Shown: piece by piece, positions 37,756-51,864 of the stretch
How the letters are laid out: each line of letters starts with the position of its first letter
How positions within the stretch are numbered: position 1 is the first letter of the stretch
Origin: Octopus bimaculoides
Lineage: Eukaryota
Assembly (NCBI RefSeq): GCF_001194135.2
Contig: NC_068988.1
Coordinates: 3,619,245 to 3,683,244 of the forward strand
Reading direction: 5' to 3'
DNA length: 64,000 bases
The notes under the pieces: model-generated
Database searches by the model: none
What the model saw: the letters and a program-made list of their open reading frames with translations, nothing else
What the model was told of the DNA's origin: nothing
Program-made: the position numbers and the translations under genes

Positions 37756-39299
37756 TGTATTAGCTCCAACACACTTGTGAATGAAGATGGATTCAGTGTT
37801 TTACTTACAGAACTCACCAGTGACAGCATCCTGTTCCAAAACTATTATTGCGAACACTTTCTCCACTCCAGTCTTTACAGATTCCGTTTGAATATTTGTT
37901 TAATACGAGTGAGATGTTAAAAATGATGGGACGGCCATGGTTGGTATGATTTTGATTTAATATTTAACTGATCATAGATAAGTATGGCTACACAACCATA
38001 TCCTATGAGATAATTTCCAATAATACCATTTATACCATCACAGGAATAATGTGCCACACCCAACATGAATATTTTAAAACCAACCAATCCCAGTCAGGCT
38101 GCTGCAAACACTACTATTATTAATACGGCCAATTATATTCAGCTACTTCCAGCACTAACATAACCATATTACATATAGTATAGCAACCATTTACAGCTAA
38201 ACATTCCATTATATAACATTAGTCTTTTTCCCAACAATAAGCCCATTCTATCTTAGCCACTCCCATTAGTGCTGCTTTAAATAAAATTACTCTGCTATAG
38301 TAGGTTGCTTAAAGCCACCTCTTCTCCCTCATTGTTGTACCAGAAGTGCTTCACCAGTTTTAAATCGTATTTAACCACCTCCCTTGTTTTGCTAATATTT
38401 CCTCTTAGCCACCATTTTGAATAATATTAGCTGACAACAACAAATGCAATTTAGCTTTCATGTCACCATGGGGGGGTGTCAAGATTAATAGGCATTTCTT
38501 TTTCCCAGGGTGTCAAATAAACAGCAGAGATACATGACAATGCACACATCATCAAGATAACCAGTGGAGATTTTGGCAGAAGTGTGTAATATTGAGCAAT
38601 AAACCGTTACAAATTTATTTAGCTAATTCAATTTTCTTCAACGAGTGAGGTTTGAGGCTGTAATATAGTTTCTTGTCTCAAGAGACCCATGTAGTCATAT
38701 CAGACAGCTATTAGCCACAGCGATTAATCCAACAATAATTCTATTTGTTGAATAAAAACTTAAAGTAAATTCTACAGTATGGTGATACAAGGTTCCATGT
38801 TGTCTGAACATAAACTTCACATTCCTTTAATTGTTATTTCAGTGTACAGGCTAACTGTGCTGCTGCCATTCTTTGAAATGTAATTCCCTGAATGGAGTCA
38901 GCTTGATGCATTCTTTCTTTGCTTCTTTGGCTAAAATTCAGTGCTTCTTATAATCTATAAAAGTGCTTGTTACTAGGACAATTTTGGAAATTACTTCAAG
39001 TGCAATGCAGGATTCTTCAAACCAAATCTCTGAAGACTGTCTTCAGATTATTTTGCTTCCAACATTGTAAACCTTAAAGATATTAATATAATAAATGAAA
39101 AGGAAATGAAATAAAAATCAATGGAACCACAACTGGACATTCTTCAAACTTATTTGTCAAATGATTTTGAAAAACATTCAAAATTATAAATTCTAATTGA
39201 CAATTCTTTAAAACTTCTTTTTGGTTATTTAGGTGTTTAGATTATTAGATTGTTTTTTTTTCTGGGATTACACAGTTATGTATAATGTAATTGTATTCC

Positions 39300-39700
39300 T
39301 GTGTAATAAGCAGAGGTTTGGCTGTGTGGTTATGAGGTTTCAGGTTCAGTTCCACTTGGGGCATGTGTCATATACTTTAGCTTTGGATAAACCAAAACCT
39401 TGTGAGTGGATGTGGTACAGAGAAACTGAAAGAAATCCCTCAAACATATCTGTGTGTGCGTTTGTATCTTCACATTATGTGATTATTGTAAATGAGTGCC
39501 ACTGTTGTCCAAGCAGTGTCATTCGTTTTCAATATTCTATGAAAATATGTCTGGCCATGGGGCAATTCTACCTTACTTGGAAACGGGTGAGGGTTGGCAA
39601 CAGGAAAAGCATCCAGCTGTAGAAAAAATGTGTCAATAAACTTCAACCCAAGCATAGAAAAGTGGATGTTGAAAATGATGATGCATTTGATGATAATGAT
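39300..39700 (+). mobile_element. Composite SINE family B with family C-like tail
   Basis: ggctgtgtggtta...caggttcagttccac...ttgggc...aaaccttgtgagtggat...aaactgaaaga...ggcaacaggaaaagcatccagctgtagaa...(gat)n. Confidence 0.7.
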
Positions 39701-40120
39701 GATTATGTATAGCAGTGATGTAAATAACAAGACACTAAACTAATGGCTTTAATTATTTTTTAAATTTCCATTGTGTTCACGTTGCGGATGACTTTGTTTT
39801 CCATCTGACTGGAGTTGATAGAATAAGCATCGACGTTAATGTCTGGCTTCAAGACAGCCAGGACTGAGTAAACCTAAGAACAGAGCCAATCCATTAGTGG
39901 CTAACCATCCTTTTTATCTATCACTGTATTATCTAATACTCTACTATTTAAGCTCTGAGGAGGCGTTAATGGCTATTTCTAGCTGGTCAAGTGACTACAC
40001 ACAGGCTTCTTGCATTGCATAAGTATTGGTATTCTTCTTGGTTGATTTAATTCATTCTAGTTTTTTTAAAGAATATGGTTAGAGACACAGAAAAAAAGAA
40101 GTCTATCATTATTATTATTA

Positions 40121-40322
40121 AGGTGGTGAGCTGGCAGAATGGTTAGCACGCCGAGCAAAATACTTAATAGCATTTCCTCTGAGTTCAAATTTCACTAAGG
40201 TCGATTTTGCCTTTCATCCTTTCGGGGTCAATAAATTAAGTACCAGTTGAACACTGGAGTCAACGTAATCAACACATCCGCTCCCCTAAAATGGCTGCCC
40301 TTGTGGCAAAATTTGAAGCCAT
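40121..40322 (+). mobile_element. tRNA-derived SINE family A
   Basis: gagctggcagaatggttagcacgccg...gagttcaaatt...ggtcgattttgcctttcatcctttcgggg; atcattattattatta on both flanks. Confidence 0.8.
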
Positions 40323-40340
40323 CATTATTATTATTAGTAA

Positions 40341-40470
40341 TAAATAAGAGTGCGACTGTTATCAAATGCATGATATTTCGACATCTTGTGTGTCTTCCAC
40401 AGGTTCAAAACTAAACTTGTCAATCAGCTTTGAAATATCATTCATTTGATAACAGTCACACTCTTCTTTA
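40341..40470. mobile_element. MITE-like hairpin (41-bp inverted arms, 48-bp spacer)
   Basis: taaataagagtgcgactgttatcaaatgcatgatatttcga vs reverse complement taaagaagagtgtgactgttatcaaatgaatgatatttcaa (4 mismatches). Confidence 0.7.
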
Positions 40471-40521
40471 TTGCTTTTTGACTTTCTGGAGGTGTAACCG
40501 AAATCCCATAAATACTACTAC

Positions 40522-40557
<36 letters not shown>

Positions 40558-40570
40558 CAATAATAATAAC

Positions 40571-40793
40571 AAGGCAGAAAGCTGGCAGAATGGTTAGCAT
40601 GCTAGGTGAAATGGTTAATAGTATTTCCTCTGTTGCTATATTCTGAGGTCAAATTCTGCTGGGGTCAACTTTGCCTTTCATCCTTTCTGGGTCAATTAAT
40701 TAAGTACCAGTGGAACACTGAGGTCCATGTAATTGACTAGCCCCCTCCCATCAAATTTCAGGTCTTTTGTGCCAATAGTAGAAAGGATCATTA
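40571..40793 (+). mobile_element. tRNA-derived SINE family A
   Basis: Same head and core as 40121 and 19102, with 3' aaatttcagg...agtagaaaggatcattatt. Confidence 0.8.
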
Positions 40794-43700
40794 TTCTTTT
40801 AGCACAAGTTTTGTTGGAACTTCTGAAGTTTTGCATGCAGAGTGGGCTTACTGCCTGCAGCCTATGGTACCATGCTACCTGTTCTTTTCAAATTCTCTAA
40901 TACTTTTCTGATTATTCTGGCTATGTCATGCCAAAACATTACATAGATAGAACTTTCAGTCTCGTAGCTTTTATGTCATGGCATCAAATATCCCTCTCTC
41001 TCTCCATGATAGGATCAGATAAGAATAAAGATATATAATAAAAATCTAGTGGGGGGGGGGGGAGAGACTCAACTATTATATTACTTTGATTATTTGACCC
41101 TTAAGGAATTATATTCTAATGAACTATTATAGACTTAGGAATGGCTGTGTTTTGGGAATTTGTTTCATACTGAAAGATTTATGGTTCCAACCTCATTGCA
41201 TAACATGTTTATGGAAAATCTGTCAATCAACCACAAGCAAAACAAAGATTTGTGAGTAGAATTTAGTTGACAGAATCTTTATGGAATCTTGTTGAAGGAA
41301 CTGTTCTTGTTTCTGGGTGCTAAACCTAAACTTTCACCCAGTTTAACATCAATATCTTGTTTCTGGGTCTCTTCACTAGACTCCTGTCTGTTTCAAGCTT
41401 TCAGTCTGAGGGAAATTCTGTACCCTTTTCCTACCATAGGATATCTCATGGATATCAACTTTCCTTTTTTAGCTGAATCATTAAAAACAAAGAAATAAAA
41501 AAAAAAATGCAAAATAATAAAGATTGAGTAATTAGTAATTATTCGATTGAATAATTAGATATGCTGTTCTGTGGATTCCAATTCTTTTGGACATAAATCT
41601 CTTGAGATTTTCTCAGTTCTTTTGGATGAAAAGTAGTAACTTAATTTTATGGAAAACAACCAGTTGAAATCACATCTTCCAAGAATATATATAAATTTTA
41701 TGATTCAAAAATAAATTTAATCTATAACTAACCTTGCAGCTAGTGCAATTTCTGGGAATAGATTTCATTTTGGTATTAACTCAAAAATAATGCAGTAAAG
41801 TATGTGTGTATGAATATAATATGGTATAGTCTGTGTAATGTGTATTTTGACTGTTGCAAAATATATACTCATAACCGAATTATCTTAAACATAAATTGCA
41901 TCTACAGAACCAAATTATGCAGTATCATTTTTTTGTCTCTGGAAACCATCACTTGTCAAAACTACTTTATTTCACTTAAATTCAAGAGTTGTCTCCCTTG
42001 AATTTCTTCACCAGATTTAATCATGAATGCAATGTTGGCTTTTTATTTTCAACACTGAGGCCATAACTGTACACCCTAGAACAATTTAGAACTTATTTCT
42101 TGTAAGTAAATTTTTTTGTGAACTGACCAGGTAGATTTAAGTGTATTATGCTATACCAGTGAGATCTAACAGACTGAAACATGTCTAAAGAAGTTCAACA
42201 CTTTCATTACCATATTTCTGTTGGAATATTCTGCTCTTGTTTCAATTAATTTTTAAAGCTTTGTAATAAATTAGTCTGTTTAGAATATAGATTAATAAAG
42301 CATTTTCAACGAAGGTTTTAATTTATATCACCTTTATAACAGTAAGTTTGTATCATAGAACCAGTAGCAATCTTCTCAGGTGGCTTGATACCCAAAGAGT
42401 TAAATAAGTACCCCTATTAATTTTATGTAGATGGCAAGAAACTAATCATCTCTGAATGTGTATGAGTGTGACTAATTGGAAAAAATGTATTCTTTCCACA
42501 AATTATGAGTATTCATAAAGCTATGAGAATACTTCTTGACTTTAGTTCCAGTGATTATATTTCTCTGGACAGGGTGTAAATCATGCAATTCTTCCAGTAA
42601 AACTCTGATACTTATTCTGCAGCAGCCAGATGAAATAAGATGATGTATATCAACTTGCCTTAGAAACACAAGACACTTGAAGCAGATTTGAATTCACAAC
42701 ATATGAGCAAGCAGTCAGATACCTTATCCATTCAGCTATTTTAGTAACCGTTATTTTTCACACACCAGACAAAGACTTTTCTGCTTTAATATATTATCTC
42801 TTGTCCATTGATATTTTTTTGCCCAGAAGACATATACTTATCTATGCACTTTAGAAATTACTCAGTCACATGGTAAGGCCACAATTATTTATAATTTGGC
42901 AAATTCATGTTCTTTTCAATGCATACATATGAGGAAAACAACACTGTAAACATGATATGGTTTGCTATAAAACAGTTCTTGTTTAAAAAGCAATATAGTA
43001 TTAAAAGACAATCAATATTGTGTCAATAATAGGTCCCAGTAGCTATGGGTTTATCTGCTCTGTCAAGGAGAAAGATTACAATGAAAACAGGGGGGAAATA
43101 TTATATAAATAAAACAGGATTCTATTTATGAGATATCCATCATTCTACACCAGTAAACAATGTTGCAACCATATTACTTTATTTTGTTTATCTTTCCCTT
43201 TATTGTTTTATTTAATGATTTAGGCAGTGAAATGGACCCTTGGCGAAGTATGAATAAAAGCTGTAAGTTAAGGTTAGGTTCAGTAATCAACCGCATAAAC
43301 TGCTGGAAAATAGAATAAAACTAGTGAGAATGGGTGATGAAGGCTATAGACTTTATTGTTAGCACTAACCTTGGGAAATAAAGAAATACACAGCAGAATA
43401 ATGTGTTGCTTTCTGCAGGAGCCCAATGACATTCCCAATACAGGCAGAATTACTTAGCTTTGTAGAAGAAGGGGAATGAGATTCTGTTGTGTTTATGTAT
43501 TTCAGCAGAGAAAAAAAAAATCAAGTAAACTGAGTTAGCAAAAACTGAGCAACTCATCCTTCAGAACTCCGAGAATTGAGTGTTCTGTTAGATAGAGAGG
43601 GCAGTTTTAGTGAAAAAACCTGAACAACAGTCTTTTTGTAAGAGAGTTCAGTAAAATATCAATTTGGCCTTCTGTGAATCTGTGACCAACATATTATATA

Positions 43701-44114
43701 CATGAGTCATCATTCAATAAAGGATAAGGAAACAGGAATTACATAATCAACTTCATGGGTTTACAATTGTTTCTGCTATAAGATGGAGTGCACACAGAGC
43801 TGAGTGTTTGTGCATCCCTTATAGTTTCCTAAGAGCTTCAAAAAGGAAGTGCAACTTCATTTAGGAAAGCGTTTACATACATAGATGTAAATGATTTCAA
43901 TGGATATAAATGTTTTTCGAAATAAAGTTTCACTTCATTTTAGAAGCTCTGAGGAAGCTATAAGGTGATGCTCAAGCTCTTAATGTATTGTATCTTACAG
44001 CAGAAACAGCTGTAAGCTCATGAAAGTGATTATGTAATTTCTGTTTCCTTGTCATTCCATTACTTTCATACTATGCTCTGTATTTGGTTAATGTTTTTTT
44101 CTGAAGCATATCTA

Positions 44115-45377
44115 TTGGGTCATCCCATAAATAATATGGTTTTTTATACTTCTTTTATTTTTCAAAATTAAGATAAACAAAGTTCTTTTTTGATCTCAAA
44201 TATACTATCCTTCATTTTCTACTATGCTCTTCCATCTATTTGGTAGAATTGCAAGGCTCCTCTTCCAAAATCCATTTGTTTGTGACAAAAAAATACTCCT
44301 TAGTACTATTCTGCCCTCATCCACAGCATTCATATTTTTTCTGTCCAAATGATTTGGATGACTGCGGAATAAATGATAATCAGATGGTGCAATGTCTGGT
44401 AAATATGGTGGGTGGGGCATAATTTCCCATTCAAACTGCTCCAGCCTTTGGAACATCATCCTCACTGTATGTGGCTGAGTATTATCCTGATGGAAGAACA
44501 CCTTTTGTTTTGAAACCAAAGATGGTCGTTTTTTTCTTCTAGCACAGACTTAAGCCACTCAAGATTCTCACAGTAGATCACTTTTGTTATCGTCTGGTTT
44601 GGGTTTAAATGTTTAAAGTGAACTAAAGCTTTCATATCCCACCAAACAGATAACAACACCTTACGTGGGGGAAGACCTTCTTTAGCCTGAGGTGTCAGTG
44701 TTTCTCCTTTCTCTACCCACTGTCTTCGGCACTTCACATTTTTATAGAGAACCCATTTCTCATCAGCAGTTACTATTCAGTCCGAAAAAGGATCATTCAT
44801 GAGACATGACATAAAAAAAAAGAGCACTCGTTCACTCTCTGCACGCTATTAGACTCGGGAAGTTTATGAAGAACCCATTGACCCAATTTGCTGACTTTTC
44901 CGATAGCACGCAGGTGTCGTTGAATAGTTGAATGACCAAATGCAAGCTTCTCTGCTTGCTCCTCAACAGTTATGATGGGATTTTGTTCCACTAGGGTTTG
45001 CAAGACATCCTCATTAAGCTCTACAAATCTTCAAGGATGAGACTCATCTTCTAGGCTGTAGTTTCTGGTACAGAATTTCTGGAACTACCGTTGACACTGG
45101 CTTACGCTTATTGTCCGATCCCCATATACTGTATTAATATTCCTCGCACTTTCCGTTGCCTTGTTGTCTTTATTGAACTCATAAAGCAAAATATGATGAA
45201 TATGCTCCTTTGTCCCTTCCCTTGATAAATAACTGTTAAAATCGAACTGTAATCTTCAAAACTTGCAATAAGGACAAGGTAAAATTATTTCCTGCTTTTA
45301 TAGCAAGTTGATGCAGGTAGTTCATCCTGTCTCCCTCATGCATTTGAAAAAACTGCATTATTTATGGGATGACTCAA
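44115..45377 (-). mobile_element. Full-length decayed mariner (DD34D) with TIRs and TA TSD
   Basis: TIRs ttgggtcatcccataaataat / attatttatgggatgactcaa flanked by TA. HTH HILLYEFNKDNKATESARNINTVYGD, WVLHKL, KVLLSVWWD, and HQDNTQPH...PPYLPDIAPSDYHLF (34-residue spacing). Stops and frameshifts present. Confidence 0.95.
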
Positions 45378-46059
45378 TATATTGAGTTCTAACACCAGAT
45401 TATTAGTATCACTATGTCTAAGAAAGAAATCTTAAAATAAATGAGTCAGGGAAGAAGTCTCTGTACTATAACTTGGTCTGACAGAAATAGCAGTCAAGTC
45501 TTCCTCAAACTTCACTTTACCATCTTAAAATTGGATGAGTATAATAACAATAGTTTTAAGGAAATTTTATCTGCTAAAAGATGTGAGTTAACATTGCATC
45601 GTTTATGACACTCTAATCTTTTTCTTTCCGATTTTCTACAGGCTCTACACCAACCTGCCCCTTACCCACATTTCCCCATTTACATTACCTTTCGCCATAC
45701 CTTTCTTGGTTCTTTCTCTTCTCTCCACATTCATTTCAATCCTTCAACATATGACCCAACCATTTCATCCCATTTCTCTTCATAACAATCGCCTCTTCTG
45801 TCATTCCCATTATTCTCCGCCTTTTATTCTTATTGCACTGTCTCTCAACAATTCTGTGATTATCCATCAAACAATTTTAATTGCCATTCTTTCCAGCTCC
45901 ACATTCATTACCCAAGCCTCACTCCTATACAACATGACACTTGTCCCTCATGCAGCAGACACTTTTCCCTTCAGCTTTAGCAACACTCCCCTCCTCATCA
46001 CCACACCACTCAGTTCCTTGAACTGCTTTCATGTATGTCTTAGTCTAAAATGGCAGAGG

Positions 46060-46375
46060 CTGTTGGCTATGACAATGAGTGCTCTAGTGATCCATTCAAT
46101 GGAACAGCCTGCTTCAAAAATCAATGTCCAAATGGTTGAGCACTCCACAGACACATGTAACCACAATGTTGTTCTCAGAGAGAGTCAGCATGACAGAGAA
46201 TGTGACAAGGTTGGCCCTTGTGAATTACAGGTACAACTCATTTTTACCAGCTGAGTGGACTGGAGCAATATGAAGTAAAGTGTCTTGCTCAAGGACATAA
46301 CATGCTGCTGGGAATCGAACTCATGACCTTATTTATGATCATAAGCTGAATACTCAAACTGCTGAGCCACACACA
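46060..46375 (-). mobile_element. tRNA-derived SINE sharing the family E 3' domain
   Basis: Minus-strand head with B-box gagttcgattccc; gagcactccacagacac domain matches the reverse complement of 1800-1850. Confidence 0.7.
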
Positions 46376-46459
46376 CCTTCACCTCAGTCTAACACACCAA
46401 ATCCTTTCTCTGTTCAACATGTCTCCAATGTAATATAATCTTTTCATGTTTTCTAACAT

Positions 46460-46772
46460 GCCAGTGGCACATAAAAAGCACCATTTGAACGTAGTCATTG
46501 CCAGTGCCCCCTGGCTGGCTCCCATGCTGGTGGCACGTAAAAAGCACCATTCAAGTGTGGTCGCTGCCAGTACCACCTGACTGGCCCTCATATCGGTGGC
46601 ACATAAAATGCACCCACTACACTCCCAGAGTGGTTAGTGTCAGGAAGGGAATCCGACTGTAGAAACTTTGCCAAGTCAGATTGGAGCCTGGTGCAGCCAT
46701 TGGCTTTCCAGACAGGAGTCAAACCGTCAAACCTATGCCAGCATGAAAACGGACGTTAAATGATGATGATGA
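46460..46772 (+). mobile_element. Family C element with ~2 minisatellite units
   Basis: ggtggcac(a/g)taaaaagcacc units plus tail to aaacggacgttaaatgatgatgatg. Confidence 0.75.
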
Positions 46773-47780
46773 CAACATTTCCAAGATCCAACTCCACACT
46801 TCTTTCTTTATCTGCCATTTCCACAAAATCCTTAAATTTAAATGTAGCTCCCTACACCCTTTAAATTTAAGGTTAGCTCCCTCCAGTCATACCATGCTCT
46901 TCATATCAAATAAACATTTTGGAAAAATGCATCTGGCACATAAGACAAGAATAAAATGAATCTTTGTGAAACCTTCATGTTGGCTTTAAAAACTAGGTGG
47001 CATTGCAGTTCTAAGGCACAACCATTTCCATATTTCTTTATTCCCATTCCACCTTCATTCCTTCTAGGTTTGTGTATCTCTAACTGAATTATCTAATGAG
47101 TTTCTCTTTATGTTGTTAGGGCATGTTTTGAGGGGGACTTGGCTGCTATTCCTAGCAGGTCAAGTGGTCACATAGAGAACCCGTTATTGGTATAGGTGTG
47201 ACTGATGGAAGACAGAAGAGTGTATCGCAGTGATTTAGTAAGTCGAGAGTTGCTAAATCGTGTATAGTAGAGGCTATGGAAAAGACATTTTGCTTTGTAT
47301 TTTCCGCCGTTCATTGTTTTCAATTATATTTCATCACTAAATGAGATAAATTCCCGTAGGATTTATGACAAGATATCTCATAATTACAAAACATATCCTG
47401 CAGAGATAGACAATACGTTGTGTCTTTTAGGTAGCATATAACTTTATTAAAATCCAATCACATTAGATGAAGTTTTCAGGTTCTTTGTGAGTAGCAGAAT
47501 CTTCGTGCGGATTATGGAAGTACACATGACTCACTCTGCAACAAATTCATTTCAGTCATTAAGCGTAGTTTTTTTTTTGTTCCTTTTAGTTTTTTACCTG
47601 GTTTAGTCATTGGTCAGCAGTCATGTTGGGCCACCACCTTGAAGTGAAGAGGCTTTCAGTTAATCCTATAGATGCTAGTACTTAACAATTTCTACTTGTT
47701 GAACCACTAAGTTACTGAACATAAATACAGGGTTCTATTGTCCAAGTGGTTACTATTACAAGACATGTAAATGGACATAT

Positions 47781-47823
<43 letters not shown>

Positions 47824-48454
47824 TATGAAGTGGTTCAAGGCTGTAGTTAAAGCAAATTTGAGAAAGTAAGGTACTCGATATATAAAAGAGAAAATCATTG
47901 GTGAATGATTGACACAAGTGAGATAGATCCCAGCATTTTGACATGAACCAAACATATCATCATCATTTAAGGTCCCTTTTCCATGCTATGATGGATTGAA
48001 TAGTCCAATAGAAGCTGGTGAGTGAGAAGACTGTATCAATCCCCAATATCTACTTTGGCATAGTTTCTACAACTCGCTGCCATTCTAAACTGACTGTGAA
48101 TATAGACAGCATCATGAAGCAACCAATATGATGGCTCCTCTCTCGCAAGACATCACACACCTGGTCTGTGGCTTGACTTGTGGATTCCTCATTGGCATAC
48201 ACAGGCACATAAGGGTCCACAAAAGTCTATTCTGTTGGACAATCATTCTTGAATTTGGGTGATTGGCACCAAAAATACATATGGTACAATATTTACACAG
48301 ACACACACACACAGACACACACACACACGTTGATAGGGTTAAGATTCAAGCTGTGTTCTTATAACATGTACAAATGAAACACATGTAGTGGTGAATGAAT
48401 AATACCCAAAATTTCCAATATGTCTATATCTGTCTATATGTGTGTTTGTGTACA

Positions 48455-48830
48455 TATGTTTATACGAGTGTGGGTCTGTAATTATGAAGTTCATTTCCCA
48501 ACCAATTAGCTTTGGGTTCAGTCCCACTGTGTGGAACCTTGCGCAAGTGTCTTCTACTATAGCCCCAGGCCGACCGAAGCTATGTGAGAGGATTTGAAAG
48601 AATTCTGTCGCGTGTGTGTGTGTGTCTCCTTTCTTAACATCACATTATAGCCGTAAATGAACCCCACCACATAAGCAGTGCCTAGCCTGCGCAGTCATTC
48701 CTGAAAACATGCGAAAATATTAACAATTAAATGTTGGTGATAGGAAGGGCATCCAGCCATACTAAATCTGTCCCAATAAATTCCATTTCACCCATGTGAG
48801 TATGAAAAAGTGGATGTTATGACAATGATG
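48455..48830 (+). mobile_element. Composite SINE family B
   Basis: gggttcagtcccactg...caagtgtcttctactatagcc...ggaagggcatccagc...(gac/gat) tail. Confidence 0.7.
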
Positions 48831-48927
48831 ACAACATATATGTCATAAACATCAGCAGCAGCTCAGCAGTTAACATCTATGTTATTATTTGTGTGTGTGT
48901 GTATGTGTGTATTACATATTACATATG

Positions 48928-48988
<61 letters not shown>

Positions 48989-49023
48989 GTGTGTTTATAT
49001 ATGTATATGTATATATATATATA

Positions 49024-49119
<96 letters not shown>

Positions 49120-49139
49120 CATATATATATCATGGGTAG

Positions 49140-49375
49140 TGGTGCACTCGTGGGCAGTGGTGGCTCGTAAGTGCCACTTAAATGCACCTGTGCCAATGCT
49201 GCATAAAAGCACCCAGTACACTGTGTAAAGTGGTTGGCAGCAGGAAGGATGTCCAGCTGTAGAAACCGAGCCAAAACAGACTATGGGGCCCAGGCAGCTC
49301 TTCAGCTAGTCAGCTCCTGTCAAACTGTCCAACCCATGCCAGCATAGAAAACAAACGATAAATAATGGTCTCAAT
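49140..49375 (+). mobile_element. Family C element
   Basis: aaaagcacccagtacac...ggaaggatgtccagctgtagaaac...ccaacccatgccagcat. Confidence 0.65.
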
Positions 49376-50864
49376 GATATATATATATATATATATATAC
49401 ATAAACACACACAGACAGAAAGAAAAGAGAGAAAGAGAGTTTGAGGTTTGTTGTAAAAAGTAAACTGAATTTAATAACAATACTTTTAGAAAAATTGTAT
49501 GTAATATGTGTAATGTGATTTCTGATTAAAAAAAAAACCTTGTTTTTTATTTATGTATTCAATTTTTTGTAAATAAAAAACACACCACTTATTATTATCA
49601 GCATTATTATTATTATTATTAATAATGCTGCTATTATTTGTACTCGCATTCACCACATTTAAATCATTTCTATTCTGAGGTCACTGCACTTACATCATTT
49701 TTTTTATATAACTCTCTGTGGGTGATACTTTGGTTGCAAGGTACTGAAATATCTATGAAAGAACACAGATTTCCACTTTGTACTGCAATAGCTGAGTGTC
49801 ATTAAATTATTATTTATATTATTATCATTATTATTATATTTTCATTCCATTCTTATTCAGCTTAAGCTGTTTTGTACGTCATGTGGGTAATGGCTGTGTT
49901 CCTGCAATGTATACATAGTTTATTGATAATATATGTATATTGTAACACACACCTATACACACACACCTACACACACATATAAACACACCTACACATATAC
50001 ACATACAAACACAGACATATGTCTCAGTCACTTGATTATTTATTTTAGTAAAGTAAAAAAAAAAAAGAAAAAAGGAAAATTATTCATACTTGAATTTTCC
50101 CAAAAATTTTCCCAAGTACAATGAACAAAACTGGTTTCTTTAATTTTAAAGCACTCAAGTCTCCAATCTTTATGCAGCAAAGAATGTTGGTCCCTTTCAC
50201 ATCACAGACACCCACCCACATGCACGCACACACACACATACATTAGCTCTGCTGATGCTAAAACAATGTCACACACATATCTATCTGTCTATAGCTCATA
50301 GACAATGTCTAGATAAATATTGGTTTCCATGAAAAAAAAATCAAGTTTGATAAATGATCAAAAATTAAACCCGAAAGGAGCCACAGAAGATGAATAAGAC
50401 TGATTGGAATAAAAAAGAATTGTTAGGAATACTTTTTATTTCCTTTATTGAATTTCCATTAAAATCATAACTTTATAATAATAATAACACGTCAGATTTT
50501 GAAAAACGAGTCACATAATTATGTGTTGTGATTTTCAGTAAATGGTGCCATTGATTGCTGTGTAAACAAAGCCATCACTTAATAAGTACCTTAATAAATG
50601 TCACTGACACCATAATTTTATTGTACTAGAACCTATGTTTACCAGTTTCTGAGATTAGAGCTCAATTTCAAATCTCATTTACTCTTTATGTAGCACAGCT
50701 ATTGTTCTTCAATCATATCAATCAACACAAAGCCCTAAATGACACAAGTTCACCTTGTTAACACTCAATGCTAGAACCGACATTACAATGCTATTTTATT
50801 GCCTACATTTTCAAAAATTACTACTGAGTTGGCTGTTAAATGCTAATTTCACTGAATGTATTAT

Positions 50865-50899
50865 GTAGCAGCAGCAGCAGCAGTAGCAGTAGCAGTAGC

Positions 50900-50932
<33 letters not shown>
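50865..50932. repeat. Compound (GCA)n to (GTA)n microsatellite
   Basis: Gradual unit transition visible in the sequence. Confidence 0.9.
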
Positions 50933-51565
50933 TCAACTCTAAATCAGCTCTGATTGAGCAGATCTATGATCAAAACCATTCCACCAATATTCAGAATAAT
51001 TTAAGATAAAGGATACATTAACTGGAAAGACATTATGTCCTTCCTTTTTGATTGGCTGTGATTTGAGGAAGATTTACTGGCTATTTCTAGTTCATAAAAA
51101 GACCATAAAGAGGCTTTATGCATGTGTGTGTTCTTTTCTGATGGTTTTCTGGTGGTTCTTTTCATTGTATCAGATCTGACTCTTAAGCTCCACCCACAAA
51201 CATATTTATTGGTTACCACCTAATTAAGCTTCTGACTAATTACTCTAATCCACAGTGTAGGCTGCAAGAGTATTCATGTATTTTCAAGCAACAAGTTGTC
51301 CTCCAACATTTTATTTTTGGTAATTTAGTCAGAAGTGAAAGCACCGAACCTGAAGACTGATAGAAGAAATTTATCTGCAGACTGAAAACCTGGCTCCAGT
51401 TTTTGCAACAGTGTAGATTCTCCTTTGGAAACTCAAAGACCAGGTGATGCTATTAAACCCAAAACTGGATTATATCCACCACCTAAATACCACCCGGAAG
51501 GAAAATAGATAAAATTTGATGAAGATGAAGAGATATTTTGGAGACAGATCTTTCTCTTTTTCTGT

Positions 51566-51583
51566 ACACACACACACGCACGC

Positions 51584-51676
<93 letters not shown>
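51566..51676. repeat. Long (CA)n microsatellite
   Basis: About 55 units, near perfect. Other long SSRs at 24717 (TG), 37167 and 54490 (GA), 53162 (CA), and many (TA)n. Confidence 0.95.
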
Positions 51677-51681
<5 letters not shown>

Positions 51682-51751
51682 GGGTAAATGTCATTGTAGG
51701 AAGTTTTAAAATTCTGCAACTTACTTTTACTTTCGTTAATAAACATTCCAG

Positions 51752-51864
51752 TACATTGTTGGTTACATCTGACGTCATGGACTTAAAACTACCCCAGAGA
51801 TCAAACTATCTTAGTTTCTATCTTAGAAATAATTCTTTAATGGTGCATTGTCTTCTCCCAACAG
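51752..51864 (+). other. Candidate exon with one open frame
   Basis: ttccag acceptor, CAG|gtaagt donor; TLLVTSDVMDLKLPQRSNYLSFYLRNNSLMVHCLLPT. No homology recognised. Confidence 0.2.

Noticed and set aside
41280-41475. Minus-strand acceptor followed by a 60-codon frame
   Set aside because: In-frame stop mid-way, ambiguous donor, no recognisable product.
43265-43281. Telomere-like taagttaaggttaggtt
   Set aside because: Only three imperfect units; expected by chance.
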